Below, piece by piece: positions 1 through 14,153 of a stretch of 55,061 nucleotides of DNA. Origin of the DNA: Gammaproteobacteria bacterium. GTDB taxonomy: Bacteria > Pseudomonadota > Gammaproteobacteria > SZUA-140. The translations under genes and the position numbers were made by a program. The DNA is taken from the NCBI GenBank assembly GCA_015492435.1, contig WGFB01000013.1:1-55061 (forward strand). The letters are read 5' to 3'. Below the pieces are notes generated by a model that was not told the DNA's origin, made no database searches, and saw only the letters and a list, made by a program, of their open reading frames with translations. Position 1 is the first letter of the stretch. Each line of letters opens with the position of its first letter.

Positions 1-180
1 CCAGGGGTCGGTGACCAGGGTTGGGGTATCCTGGTGGAGCTGGTCGATGCGCACGAGCACCTGGTCGGCGTCTTCCGCGGAGAGGGGATCGGCCGCCTGG
101 GCTGAAAAGAGCGGAAAGAGCAGGAGAAAGACGAAGACGGTTATTGGTGTGTACAGCTTCCGTGCCGGATTGTAAGACAT
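1..180 (-). CDS. 5' part of a secreted protein of unknown function (runs off the window edge)
   Basis: Minus strand from ATG at 180 reads MSYNPARKLYTPITVFVFLLLFPLFSAQAADPLSAEDADQ... with no stop to base 1. Sec signal peptide with AQA cleavage motif; GGGAG RBS upstream. Confidence 0.65.
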   Translation of the reverse strand, partial: MSYNPARKLYTPITVFVFLLLFPLFSAQAADPLSAEDADQVLVRIDQLHQDTPTLVTDPW

Positions 181-344
181 CCCTGCTCCCTGGGTGGTGA
201 TCGAATCTGCCAGATAATGTAGCGAAGGACTTTTTGGGGTGTCAATCGGGGTTTTCCGGCAGACCGTGCGGATTTTTTAACTATGGCGCCGGAATTGATC
301 GGGGGTGTGAGGCGGGTTAGAGTGTTTTGGGGGTTGTTGTATTG

Positions 345-384
345 CCCCCTCACCCTGGCCCTCTCCCCCAAGGGGGAGAGGGGA
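345..384. repeat. REP-like short palindromic element
   Basis: CCCCCTCACCCTGGCCCTCTCCCCCAAGGGGGAGAGGGGA, with the stem CCCTCTCCCCC-AA-GGGGGAGAGGG. Resembles a widespread proteobacterial intergenic repeat. Single copy in this window. Confidence 0.55.
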
Positions 385-430
385 TTGTTCAATGGTAGCG
401 ATGTCCAGAGGCGTTTTTTTTCACTCCATC

Positions 431-1174
431 ATGTTCATCCAGTGTCCACAATGCCGCACCCACAACGAGGTGAGCGAGAGCCTGCTGCAGCATCATGAGG
501 AGGTGATCACCTGCCGGCACTGCCGGCATCGCTTTACGCTGACGCTGACGCCCGCAAGCGGCGAGGAGACAACCGCGCTCCCGGCTCGGGAGGAAGCGCC
601 GCGCGAGGCCACTCAACCGGCCATCAATATCAATGTGTCCCGCGAGGAGCTCTCGCGCCTGGCGGGCGGGACGGCGCCGAAAAAGCGGACGGCCCCGGTG
701 CTGTCACCCCATACGGCGGGCTGGTCCGCGGGTGTGGTCCTCATGGTGGTGTTGTTCATTGGTCAGTTCAGTTATTTCGAGCGCGCCGATCTGGCCCGTC
801 ATGTCAGCCTGCGTCCCTGGCTGGCCTTCGTGTGCGGGCTTGCGGGTTGCGATGTCCCCCTGTTGCGCGACCCTGCCAGGATCCGCGTCGCCGCCCGCCA
901 CGTGGCCGACCACCCCCAGGCCCGGGACGCCCTGCTGGTCACGCTCACCATGGTCAATGACGCCTCTTTCCCCCAGCCTTTTCCCAGGCTGGAACTGAGT
1001 TTCAAGGATCTCGACGACCGGGTGATCGCGCAGCGCGTGTTCGAGCCCGCGCAGTACCTGCCGGCAGGTGTCGATGCGCGGCGGGGCATGGCGCCCGGCA
1101 CGCCGGTGATGGCCACCCTGGCGCTGGCCGACCCCGGTCCCGAGGCGGTCAACTTCGAATTTCGCATGCGCTGA
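431..1174 (+). CDS. Zinc-ribbon and DUF3426 domain membrane protein
   Basis: N-terminal CPQC...CRHC zinc ribbon, one TM helix, C-terminal CGLAGCDVP...FPRLELSF...PAQYL typical of DUF3426. Usual position upstream of dusB. Start placed at MFIQCPQC. Confidence 0.85.
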   Translation: MFIQCPQCRTHNEVSESLLQHHEEVITCRHCRHRFTLTLTPASGEETTALPAREEAPREATQPAININVSREELSRLAGGTAPKKRTAPVLSPHTAGWSAGVVLMVVLFIGQFSYFERADLARHVSLRPWLAFVCGLAGCDVPLLRDPARIRVAARHVADHPQARDALLVTLTMVNDASFPQPFPRLELSFKDLDDRVIAQRVFEPAQYLPAGVDARRGMAPGTPVMATLALADPGPEAVNFEFRMR

Positions 1175-1271
1175 GTATTTTTTGATTCATCACCTTTATC
1201 CGCTCCGGGAGAGCGGGTATCATATGCGGTCCCGCGCCGCCGCTGGAGAATAAAACCCCAACGCCCTTGAC

Positions 1272-2258
1272 ATGAAAATCGGCCCCTATCAACTGAAGAA
1301 CAACCTGGTGCTGGCGCCCATGGCCGGCGTCACCGACCGCCCCTTCCGCCAGCTGTGCAAGCGCCTGGGGGCCGGCATGGCGGTGTCCGAGATGGTGTCG
1401 TCCAACTCCCTGCTGTGGGGCAGCGAGAAGACCCGCCGCCGCGCCGACCACGCGGGCGAGGTGGAGCCGCGCTCGGTGCAGATCGCCGGCGCCGACCCGG
1501 AGATGATGGCCGAGGCCGCGCGCTACAACGTGGACAACGGCGCGCAGATCATCGACATCAACATGGGCTGCCCGGCGAAGAAAATCTGCAAGGTGATGGC
1601 CGGCTCGGCCCTGTTGCAGGACGAGGCCCTGGTGGGCCGCATCCTGGACCGCGTGGTGGCGGCGGTGGACGTGCCCGTGACCCTCAAGATCCGCACCGGC
1701 TGGGACCGGGCGCACCGCAATGGCGTCGCCATCGCGCGCATCGCGGAACAGGCGGGCATCCAGGCCCTGGCCGTCCACGGGCGCACCCGCGCCTGCGCCT
1801 ACACCGGCCAGGCCGAGTACGACACCATCGCCGAAATCAAGTCGCGCATCGCCATTCCCGTCATCGCCAATGGCGATATCAGGACGCCGCAGCAGGCAAA
1901 ATATGTACTGGAATATACGGGCGCCGATGGTATCATGATCGGCAGGGCCGCCCAGGGACGTCCGTGGATCTTCGGTCTCATAGACCACTATCTCAAGACG
2001 GGGGAAATCAGGAACGACCCTCCCATCGCCACCATCAGGAACATCATGCTGGAACACTTGCAGGCGCTCTATGCATTCTATGGTGAACACGTCGGCGTGC
2101 GTATCGCGCGCAAGCATATTTCCTGGTACAGCAAGGGACAACCCGGCGGCGGCGCCTTCCGGCAGGCCGTCAACCGCGCCGAGAACGTGGAGGAACAACT
2201 GGCGCTGACGGCGGCCTTCTTCGACCGCCTGGAGGCCGGCGTGGGCATGGCCGCATGA
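1272..2258 (+). CDS. dusB: tRNA-dihydrouridine synthase B
   Basis: LAPMAGVTD, DINMGCP, VHGRT, IANGDI motifs; immediately upstream of fis. Confidence 0.97.
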   Translation: MKIGPYQLKNNLVLAPMAGVTDRPFRQLCKRLGAGMAVSEMVSSNSLLWGSEKTRRRADHAGEVEPRSVQIAGADPEMMAEAARYNVDNGAQIIDINMGCPAKKICKVMAGSALLQDEALVGRILDRVVAAVDVPVTLKIRTGWDRAHRNGVAIARIAEQAGIQALAVHGRTRACAYTGQAEYDTIAEIKSRIAIPVIANGDIRTPQQAKYVLEYTGADGIMIGRAAQGRPWIFGLIDHYLKTGEIRNDPPIATIRNIMLEHLQALYAFYGEHVGVRIARKHISWYSKGQPGGGAFRQAVNRAENVEEQLALTAAFFDRLEAGVGMAA

Positions 2259-2545
2259 GTGTGATCGAGTCCGAAGTGGAAGAATCCTGCGGGCAGGCCA
2301 CCTTCACGGAGCGCCGCCAGCAGCCCTTGAGCGCCTGCGTCACCGCCGCCCTGGAACGCTATTTCCATGACCTGGACGGGCACGAACCCCAGAAGCTGTA
2401 TGAAATGGTCATCGCCGAGGTGGAACTGCCCATGCTCAAGGTGGTCATGAAGCAGGCCAGGGGCAACCAGTGCCGCGCCGCGGAAATCCTCGGCATCAAC
2501 CGCGGCACCCTGCGCAAGAAACTGGAAAAATACAAGCTCCTCTGA
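2255..2545 (+). CDS. fis: DNA-binding protein Fis
   Basis: [24 protein letters not shown]; ATGA overlap with dusB. Confidence 0.95.
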   Translation: MSVIESEVEESCGQATFTERRQQPLSACVTAALERYFHDLDGHEPQKLYEMVIAEVELPMLKVVMKQARGNQCRAAEILGINRGTLRKKLEKYKLL

Positions 2546-2561
2546 ACCAGGCCCCGTGCCC

Positions 2562-4123
<1,562 letters not shown>

Positions 4124-4130
<7 letters not shown>

Positions 4131-6244
4131 CGCCCCTCCCGCCCACGCGACACCAGCCAGACCACCAGTAACAGCAGGGACAAGCCACCCAGGGCGCCCG
4201 TGCCGCCGCTGCTGTCCACTTGGCGGGTGAAGGAATAAATACCCACCAGGGCCGCGCTCTTGTTGCCCGCCTTGTCCACGGACAGCACGTTGATGGTGGT
4301 GGCGCTGTCGATCCGCAGGGGTTGCGCATAAACAGGTGAGGGGGGAATAAGATTGCCATTGATGTCGCTGACGGTGCCATCGGAGGCCGGACTGCCATCG
4401 GTGGTGTAGTACACGATGTCGCAGCCGAAGCCGTCCCCGTCGTCGCAGTTGAGCGTAACGGTCTGGGGCGTGTCGTACATGCCGTCGGGCAGGGACGCGG
4501 AAGTCACCGGCGGCATCAGGTCCAGGCGGTATTGTTCCGTCACCACGGCGCCCACGTTGCCCGCGTTGTCCACGGAGAAAAACTTGAGGGGCACCTCGCC
4601 GGCTCCCGACGCGGGCAGGAAATCCCCCAGCTCCAGCGGATTGCGGTAGAGACTGGAGGCGGTGGAGGGCGTGGAGCCGTCCACGGTGAAATAGGTCGCC
4701 GCGCACCCGGAACCCTCCGCGCCGTCGTCGCAGTTCAGCGTCACCGGCTCAAGGTCCAGGATGCCGTAGGAACCGCCAGGAAAGGAGGCGGAGCTGACCG
4801 GCGGCACGGCGTCGATGTAATAGTCCTCGCTGCGCGGCGCCTCGCGGTTGCTCTCTCCATCCACGCCGAAGAATCTCAGGGTGGTATTGCCGGCAATGGT
4901 GATGGGATTGCCGTCGTACAGGTGCCCCGGCTGCGCCTGGGGGGTGCCGCCATCGGTGGTGACGTAGATGGCGGCGCAGGCGCCGCCAGCGTTGTCCAGG
5001 CAGGTGAGGGTCACCGCCTGGGCCACGGGATAGCCGCCCCCTCCCGGCGCCGCCGTGGTGACGGGCGGGGAGACGTCGAAGGCCGCCAGGCCCGCGCGCG
5101 CATCGGGGGCGGGATCGCTGTTGATGTCGGTGAAATCCCCGCCCACGTACAGCTTCGTGGCCGCGGCATTCATCATCAGGCTGTTGACGGAAGGGCCGGC
5201 CGCGCCGGGGTCCCAGGCCGTGGCATTGGCGCCGCCCGCGCCCGTCATCAGGGCGGCGAGGCGTGACCGGGGCAGGGTGCCGTTGACGTTGGCGAATGCC
5301 CCCCCGATGTAGAGGATGGCGCGGTCATAGGACAGGGCCATGGCGTGCACGGGGCCATCGAGTCCGCCATCCCAGCCCGTGTCCATGCTGCCGGGGGCGG
5401 TCGCGGTGGTGTCGAGGGCCGCGAGATAGTTGCGGCTGCCCGGCGCGCCGCCATCGACAGCCGTGAAACCCCCGCCCACGTAGAGCAGGTCTCCGTCCTG
5501 GACCAGGGCGCGCACGATGCCGTCGGGCGCGGGATTCCAGGCCGTGCCCTGCCCCGAGGACAATTCCAGCTCGGCGAGGCGCGGACGCGCCAGGCCGCCG
5601 GCCATGGTGAACCGCCCGCCGATGAACAGGGTCGTGCCCGAGGCGGAAGGCAGCAGGGTATGGACGACATCGTCCACCCCGGTGAACCAGGGATTGACAT
5701 CCCCCGTCAGGGCATGCACGGAGGCCAGGTAGGCGCGGGAGACGGCGCCCCCCTGAAAGGCGGTGAAGGCGCCGCCCACATAGACGCCCAGGCCGTCCTG
5801 CGACAGGGCCAGGGCATTGACGGGACCGTCGGGATCCGGGTCCCAGTCGCCCACGTTATTGGTATCGGTGGTGGTGTCGATGACGGCCAGGTTGTTGCGC
5901 GCAACGCCCCCCACCGTGGTAAAACTGCCGCCGATATAGAGGGCCCGGCCGTCGCGGGAGAGGGTCATGGCCTCGACGGCGCCGCCGCCCACGTCGGGGT
6001 TCCAGGCGGTCACCGCCCCCGTCGCCAATTCAATCGCGGCCAGATTATTGCGCGGCGCCGCCTGGCCATTGGGTTCGAACACCTGGGTGAAACTGCCGCC
6101 GATATACAGGAACTGTCCGGTGACCAGGATCGCATTGACCACCCCGTCCGTATCACCGATGCCATCGTCTGGGATGGATGCCGCCCAGGCAGGGGGCAGG
6201 CACAGGCCCCACACCAGGAGGACCGCCGCCAGGCCCCTGGCCAT
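4124..6244 (-). CDS. Secreted surface protein: 7 beta-propeller-type repeats, 3 chitobiase/Fn3-associated-like domains, GlyGly-CTERM-like tail
   Basis: Signal peptide [21 protein letters not shown]. Seven WxPxxDGxVxALxxSxxxLYxGGxF repeats. Three PPVT..VTLxCxD..GC..YxTxDGSxP domains. C-terminus [25 protein letters not shown]. Confidence 0.8.
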
Positions 6245-6249
6245 GCCCG

Positions 6250-9200
6250 TCACCACCGCGCCGCCCCCGCATGCCTGGCGCGGCGCAGCAGCAACACCAG
6301 CCCTGCAAGCAGCCACCATGGGGCCAGGGCGCCGCCATAATTGCTCACATAATTCTCGCGCCGCACCACCTCCACATTGCCCGCTTTGTCGGTGGAATAG
6401 AAGCGCAGGGTGGCATTGTCACTGATTGTGACGGGCCCGCCATACACATTGAATTGCGAGAGGGGGGCATCGTCGTTGGTGGTATAGAAGGTCCGGTCGC
6501 AACCGGAAGCCTCGTCCACGCAACTCAGCGTCACCACCAGCCTGCGGCTGCTGAATACCATCGTGCCCGGCGAGGCCGTGGTCACCGGCGCCACAATTTC
6601 GAGGAAATACTGCTCCGTATTGACGCTCTCCGTATTACCCAGGCGGTCCACGGAAAAGAATTTCAGCACCGTGTCCTCGATCAAGGAAATAGGCTCCGTG
6701 TAGAGGGTGGAGGCCGTGGTGGGTGTCGAGCCGTCGGTCGTATAGTAAGTTGCGGCGCAGCCCGATCCCCCGCCATCGTCACATGCCAGCACCACGGGCT
6801 TGTTGTTGATGCCGTTGTAGTTGCCGCCGGACGGAGTGGCGGTGGTGAAGGGGGCATCGCGCTCCAGGGGCAGGGCGTCGAGGGCCGCCAGGTAACCGCG
6901 GGACTCGCCGTTCACCCGGATGAAGTCCCCGCCCGCGTAGAGGGTTCCGCCGCTGCCGGGCATGAGCAGGCGGCGCACCACCCCGTCGCTCTGATCTCCC
7001 CAGTCCGGGATGACCTGGCCCTCCTCCCGGCTCAGTGCCGCCAGGCCCGGTTGCGGGCTGCCACCGATGCTGCCGAAGGCGCCCCCCATGTAGAGGCTGG
7101 CCCGGTCCCGCGCCTGCACCAGATCCCATACGATGCCATCCGCCTGGGGATTCCATGGAGCCGCCAGATTGCTGACGGTGCTGAGGGCGGCGAGGGAGGC
7201 GCGGCTGTCCCCCCCCACGGCGGAAAAATCGCCGGCAATGTACAAAAGATCACCTTCGTCCGAAAGCCGCATGGCATACACCACCCCGGCCACTTGGGGC
7301 GCCCACCCGGTGGGAGAGGCCGTGGCGGTATCGAGGGCCACGACGCCGGCATGGGGGGTGCTGCCCACCACTGAGAAATCGCCGCCCGCATAGAGCGTGA
7401 CGCCGCGCAGGGCCAGGGCGTGGACGGCGCCATCGGTGGGCGTGGCGGCGCTGGATCCGGCCACCTGGGGCGCCCACAGCGTGGCCGAGCCATTGGGACG
7501 CAACTCGGCCAGGCGCCGGCGGGTCTGCCCGCCGATGACAGAGAAAGCGCCCCCTGCGTAGATGGAGGTGCCATCCTCGGACAGCAACAAGGCATGGACG
7601 GGCGCATCGGCGGCGGGATTCCAGAAGGTAGGCAGGCCGCTGTCCAGGTCCAGCTCCGCGGCGCGGCCGCGGGGCTGGCCCGCGACGACGGTGAAGTCGC
7701 CGCCAAGATACAGGGAAGCGCCCGAGGCGGAGCGTATCATGGTCCTGACGAGGCCGTCGGCGCCGGGATTCCAGGGGGTGGCCTGGCCCGAGTTGAGATC
7801 GAGGGCGGCAAGGCGGCCGCGCATGACGCCGCCCACCGAGACGAAGCGCCCGCCGGCATAGAGGGTGGTGCCCGACAGGGCCAGGGCGTGCACCCCGCCG
7901 CCCGCACCGGGATTCCACAAGGTAGGCGTATCATCGAGTGGCACATTGGGATCGGCGGGAAGCGCGGCCAGGCGCGAGCGCCCGATGCTCTTGATGGTGG
8001 CAAATTCCCCACCCGCGTAGAGCGTGGTGCCCGACAGCGCCAGGGCGCGCACCGGTCCGTCGGCGTCCGGGTCCCACGCCGTGGGAATGTTCGCCGGGAC
8101 CGTGGCCGCCGTGTCCAGCGCCGCCAGCCGGTTGCGGGTCACCGCGCCGCCCGCCAGGGTCGTGAAATCCCCACCCGCGTAGAGCGTGGTGCCCGACAGC
8201 GCCAGGGCGCGCACCGGTCCGTCGGGGTCCGGATTCCACGCCGTATCCACTGTCAGGTCGCCGTTAATATGGGCGATATTGTTGAGCTTGGCGTTGCCCA
8301 CCCGGCCGAAGCGGCCGCCGATGTACCACCCTCCCGCCCCATCGGGCACCACCGCCAGCACATCACCATTGACAGAGGGATAGGCGTAATCGGGCTGGTC
8401 GTTGGCCGGCGCGGCGGGATCGGCCTGGATGGCGATGCCGCCACCGGTCGCCGGCCCCACATAGGTGAAGTCCCCGCCGAGATAAAGGGTGGAGCGGTCC
8501 GAGGCCGTGGTGAAGTCACCCCCGACGAAGAGCGCCCCGCCCGCCAAGGCCATGGTAACGACCGTGTTGTCCACGCCCCCATCCCAGGACAGGGCATTGT
8601 TGCTGTCCACACCCGTGTCGAGCGCCGCCAGACGGCTGCGGGACTGACCGCCAATGGTGGTGAACGCGCCCCCCACGTAGAGGGTGTTCCCGCTCAACAG
8701 GAAGCTGTTTACCGCGCCGTCGGCATCGGGGTTCCAGGCCGTGGCGCGATCCTTGTTGATGGCGCGGGTATCGATGGCGGCAAGGCGGTTGCGCGCCTCT
8801 CCGCCGATGAAGGTGAAGTCTCCCCCGAGATAGAGTTTGCCATCCCCGGCGGAAAATCCCAGGGCGCGCACGGTGGCGTCGGCGCCCGGGTTCCAGGCCC
8901 CGTCCACGGTGCCGCCCGCCGTGCCGATGGCGGCGAGGCGGCTGCGGGGCTGCCCGCCCACAGAAAGAAAATCGCCACCGATATAGAGCACCGCGCCGTC
9001 CCCGGAGAGGGTCATGTCAAGCACGTCCCCATCGGGCGACGGATCCCAGGCGGCGACAATGCTGCCGCTGCCGGCATCCAGGGCCGCCAGGCGGCTGCGC
9101 TGGGCGCCGTCCACGGCCGAGAAACTGCCACCGGCATAGAGCCGCGCCCCGTCGGGGGACAGCACCAGCACGCGCACGCTGTTGTCCGCGCCGGGATTCC

Positions 9201-9714
9201 AGGCGCCGTCCACTGTACCCGTGGCGCTGTCCAGCCGCGCCAGCCGGCTGCGGCTTACACCCCCCACGAGGGTAAAATCGCCCCCCACATAGAGGGACTG
9301 GCCATCACTCGACAGGGCCAGGGTGCGCACCTCGCCGTTGGCGCCGGGATCCCAGTCCATGTCCACGCCCTTGTCTCCATTGATGCGGGCGATGTTGTCG
9401 CGCGGCGCCCCGCCCACCTGGGTGAAGGCGCCGCCGATAAACCAGCCGCCGCTGCCGTCGGGTATCACCGTGTTGACCCTGCCATTCACGTAAGGATAGG
9501 CGGTATCCAGCAACACCGTATCCGCGTCGAAGACAATGCCTCCCCCTACTGGCCCGCCATCATAGTCACCCACGGCCGCCATGGCATGCACCGGACCGTC
9601 GGTCACCCACAGGTCGCCGCGCAGGCCCGCCGCCCCGGCCGCCTGAGGCAAAATCAATATTATTGCGCTCAGCCATACCAGAATGGGGGAACAACTTGCT
9701 ACAATCCGCTTCAT
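6250..9714 (-). CDS. Large secreted surface protein: ~18 beta-propeller-type repeats, 2 chitobiase/Fn3-associated-like domains, GlyGly-CTERM-like tail
   Basis: Signal peptide MKRIVASCSPILVWLSAIILILPQAAGA. 18 LYxGGxF-type motifs counted. Two YTTDGSTP-like domains. C-terminus YGGALAPWWLLAGLVLLLRRARH. Confidence 0.8.
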   Translation of the reverse strand: MKRIVASCSPILVWLSAIILILPQAAGAAGLRGDLWVTDGPVHAMAAVGDYDGGPVGGGIVFDADTVLLDTAYPYVNGRVNTVIPDGSGGWFIGGAFTQVGGAPRDNIARINGDKGVDMDWDPGANGEVRTLALSSDGQSLYVGGDFTLVGGVSRSRLARLDSATGTVDGAWNPGADNSVRVLVLSPDGARLYAGGSFSAVDGAQRSRLAALDAGSGSIVAAWDPSPDGDVLDMTLSGDGAVLYIGGDFLSVGGQPRSRLAAIGTAGGTVDGAWNPGADATVRALGFSAGDGKLYLGGDFTFIGGEARNRLAAIDTRAINKDRATAWNPDADGAVNSFLLSGNTLYVGGAFTTIGGQSRSRLAALDTGVDSNNALSWDGGVDNTVVTMALAGGALFVGGDFTTASDRSTLYLGGDFTYVGPATGGGIAIQADPAAPANDQPDYAYPSVNGDVLAVVPDGAGGWYIGGRFGRVGNAKLNNIAHINGDLTVDTAWNPDPDGPVRALALSGTTLYAGGDFTTLAGGAVTRNRLAALDTAATVPANIPTAWDPDADGPVRALALSGTTLYAGGEFATIKSIGRSRLAALPADPNVPLDDTPTLWNPGAGGGVHALALSGTTLYAGGRFVSVGGVMRGRLAALDLNSGQATPWNPGADGLVRTMIRSASGASLYLGGDFTVVAGQPRGRAAELDLDSGLPTFWNPAADAPVHALLLSEDGTSIYAGGAFSVIGGQTRRRLAELRPNGSATLWAPQVAGSSAATPTDGAVHALALRGVTLYAGGDFSVVGSTPHAGVVALDTATASPTGWAPQVAGVVYAMRLSDEGDLLYIAGDFSAVGGDSRASLAALSTVSNLAAPWNPQADGIVWDLVQARDRASLYMGGAFGSIGGSPQPGLAALSREEGQVIPDWGDQSDGVVRRLLMPGSGGTLYAGGDFIRVNGESRGYLAALDALPLERDAPFTTATPSGGNYNGINNKPVVLACDDGGGSGCAATYYTTDGSTPTTASTLYTEPISLIEDTVLKFFSVDRLGNTESVNTEQYFLEIVAPVTTASPGTMVFSSRRLVVTLSCVDEASGCDRTFYTTNDDAPLSQFNVYGGPVTISDNATLRFYSTDKAGNVEVVRRENYVSNYGGALAPWWLLAGLVLLLRRARHAGAARW
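8006..8225. repeat. Exact 58-bp intragenic direct repeat (8006-8063 and 8168-8225), period 162 bp
   Basis: TCCCCACCCGCGTAGAGCGTGGTGCCCGACAGCGCCAGGGCGCGCACCGGTCCGTCGG occurs twice and encodes DGPVRALALSGTTLYAGG. Confidence 0.9.
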
Positions 9715-9866
9715 GATAAGTCTACGGGAAATGCCCGAGAACAAGAGGGCTTTGTGAGGCACCAGTGGAGCCCGTGGCCGGCGTGCCCCGCCAACCTCGG
9801 AAATGCGCCTCCATTGTAACCATATTTCTTTTAACTATCAATTAATTATAAAATCCGAACGGGACC

Positions 9867-11171
<1,305 letters not shown>

Positions 11172-11204
11172 CCCTAGCAACCCCTTAATGTGAAGGAGTC
11201 GAAA

Positions 11205-11711
11205 ATGAGCAAGCCCTTTGTTGCCGTCCTCATGGGATCCGACAGCGATCTGCCCACCATGCAGGCCACCCTGGACGTTCTGAAAAAACTGGAGATTCCC
11301 TGCGAGGTGCGCATCACCTCGGCTCACCGCACCCCGGCGGCCACCCACGACTATGTCACCGACGCCGAGGCGCGCGGGTGCAGCGTCTTCATTGCCGCGG
11401 CGGGCCTGGCGGCGCACCTGGCCGGCGCCGTTTCCGCCATCACGGTGAGGCCGGTGATCGGCGTGCCCCTGGATGCCGGCCCCCTGCAGGGCATGGATGC
11501 GCTGCTCTCCACCGTCATGATGCCCGGCGGCATCCCGGTGGCCTGTGTGGCCGTGGGCAAGGCCGGCGCCAAGAATGCCGCCTATCTCGCCGCCCAGATC
11601 ATGGCCGTCGGCGACAGCGGGCTGGCCGACCGCCTCCGGCAGGAACGGCAGAGCAACGCCGCCGCCATCCAGGAAAAGAACGCGGCCCTGCAGGCAAGCC
11701 TGACATCCTAG
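11205..11711 (+). CDS. purE: N5-CAIR mutase / AIR carboxylase catalytic subunit
   Basis: [35 protein letters not shown]; AAGGAG RBS before ATG 11205. Confidence 0.97.
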   Translation: MSKPFVAVLMGSDSDLPTMQATLDVLKKLEIPCEVRITSAHRTPAATHDYVTDAEARGCSVFIAAAGLAAHLAGAVSAITVRPVIGVPLDAGPLQGMDALLSTVMMPGGIPVACVAVGKAGAKNAAYLAAQIMAVGDSGLADRLRQERQSNAAAIQEKNAALQASLTS

Positions 11712-12292
11712 TGCGAGCGGCGCCCGCCACGCCCCAGCGATGGCATGTCTTCCGCGCGGCGGAGATCATCCGCGGCGGCGGTGTCGTCGCCTATCCCACC
11801 GAGGCGGTGTTCGGGCTGGGCTGCGACCCGCTGAATGCAGAGGCGGCGCGGCGCCTGCTGGCCTTGAAGCGGCGCCCGGCAAGCAAGGGGCTGATTCTCA
11901 TCGCCGCGGAATTCGCCCAATTGCGGCCCTATCTCGGCGAGCTGAGCGACGCCATGCGGCGCCGCATCGGGAAGACCTGGCCCGGCCATGTCACTTGGCT
12001 GTTGCCCGCGCATCCTGAACTGCCGCGATGGATCCGGGGCGCTCACTCCACGGTTGCGGTGCGCGTCACCGCCCATCCGGTGGCGGCCGCCCTGTGCCGC
12101 GCGGCGGATAGCGCCCTGATTTCCACCAGCGCCAATGTGGCGGGGCGTGCGCCTGCGCGCACCACGCTGGAAGTCCGGCGGCAGTTCCGGGACAGCCTGG
12201 ATTACATCCTCCCCGGGGCCACGGGTCCCTTCACCGCCCCCAGCGAAATCAGGGATGGCGCAACCGGCAAGGTCATCCGGCCGGGGGGATGA
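11711..12292 (+). CDS. tsaC: L-threonylcarbamoyladenylate synthase (Sua5/YrdC family)
   Basis: VAYPTEAVFGLGCDP, KGLILI, STSAN, PSEIRD. GTG start overlaps the purE TAG. Confidence 0.92.
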   Translation: MRAAPATPQRWHVFRAAEIIRGGGVVAYPTEAVFGLGCDPLNAEAARRLLALKRRPASKGLILIAAEFAQLRPYLGELSDAMRRRIGKTWPGHVTWLLPAHPELPRWIRGAHSTVAVRVTAHPVAAALCRAADSALISTSANVAGRAPARTTLEVRRQFRDSLDYILPGATGPFTAPSEIRDGATGKVIRPGG

Positions 12293-12307
12293 CTGGCGCC
12301 TTGATGA

Positions 12308-13258
<951 letters not shown>

Positions 13259-13260
13259 AC

Positions 13261-14082
13261 TCAGAGGCCATCGCCAAGTGGGTTGGGCTGCTCAATCCCC
13301 AGCCATCCGGCCCATTGGCGGAACAGGCCCGGATCGAGCGCGGCGGCCGCGGAGCGGCCCGCGAGTTGGGGTTGGTAGACGGCTTCGCCCTCCAGGGTGA
13401 GGGCCCGGCCGCCGGCCTCTTCCAGGATCAGGCAGCCCGCCGCGTAGTCCCACAGCTTCTGCCGCCCGTGCAAGTAAATATCGCATCGTCCCGCCGCCAG
13501 CCAGCACCAGTCGAGGGCCACCGCGCCGAAGCTGCGTTGCGACTGATAAGGCGGGTTTGTGGCCAGACGCCGGGCCAGGGCCGGGGCAAGGCGCTTGAAA
13601 TCGACGAGGGCAACCGCCTGCGAAAGGTCCACACCGCCGCTGGCGGAGCGCAACGGCTCGGCATTGCACCAGGCGCCCTGGCCTCTGGCGGCGGTGAAAC
13701 ACTCGCCCCGGGCGGGGTCGTAGACAACGCCCAGCTCCACCCGCCCCTCACGCAACAAGGCAACGGAAACCGCGTAATACGGGATGCCGCCGGCGTAGTT
13801 GGTGGTCCCATCCAGGGGATCGATACACCACACCCCCCGGCCGCGCCGCGCCAGGGCCTGTTGCTGGGCCCCAGCCTCCATTTCTTCTCCCAGCAGGGCG
13901 TAATCAGGCCATTCCTTCCCCAGGGCCGCCACCAGGGCATCCTGCATACGCCGGTCGAAGGCGGTCACCAGGCTGCCATCGGCCTTGCGCGAGCCGGCGC
14001 CGCGGCTGAGATGCCGCGGCAGTTCACTATCGGCTGTGTGTTTTACCAGATCGGCGAGATGGCTGAGGGACTCGGGCTGCAT
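13261..14082 (-). CDS. Inositol monophosphatase family protein
   Basis: KADGSLVT, GEE, WCIDPLDGTTNY, WDYAAG. Confidence 0.92.
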   Translation of the reverse strand: MQPESLSHLADLVKHTADSELPRHLSRGAGSRKADGSLVTAFDRRMQDALVAALGKEWPDYALLGEEMEAGAQQQALARRGRGVWCIDPLDGTTNYAGGIPYYAVSVALLREGRVELGVVYDPARGECFTAARGQGAWCNAEPLRSASGGVDLSQAVALVDFKRLAPALARRLATNPPYQSQRSFGAVALDWCWLAAGRCDIYLHGRQKLWDYAAGCLILEEAGGRALTLEGEAVYQPQLAGRSAAAALDPGLFRQWAGWLGIEQPNPLGDGL

Positions 14083-14091
14083 ATGGGGTGT

Positions 14092-14134
14092 AAAAAAGGC
14101 CGGGCGCAGTCTCCCTGCACCCGGCCTGTCTTTT
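14092..14134 (-). terminator. Rho-independent terminator downstream of the peroxiredoxin gene (possibly bidirectional)
   Basis: Minus strand: GGCCGGGTGCAG-GGAGA-CTGCGCCCGGCC followed by TTTTTT. Confidence 0.8.
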
Positions 14135-14153
14135 CGGTCTCCGCTACCCGTGC

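Noticed and set aside
7420-9819. 799-aa plus-strand ORF, and similar long antisense ORFs (9846-11417, 19410-21086, 21123-22748, 35622-37532, 47114-49225, 49229-51469)
   Set aside because: Shadow frames opposite well-supported genes, expected in GC-rich DNA; no recognisable motifs.
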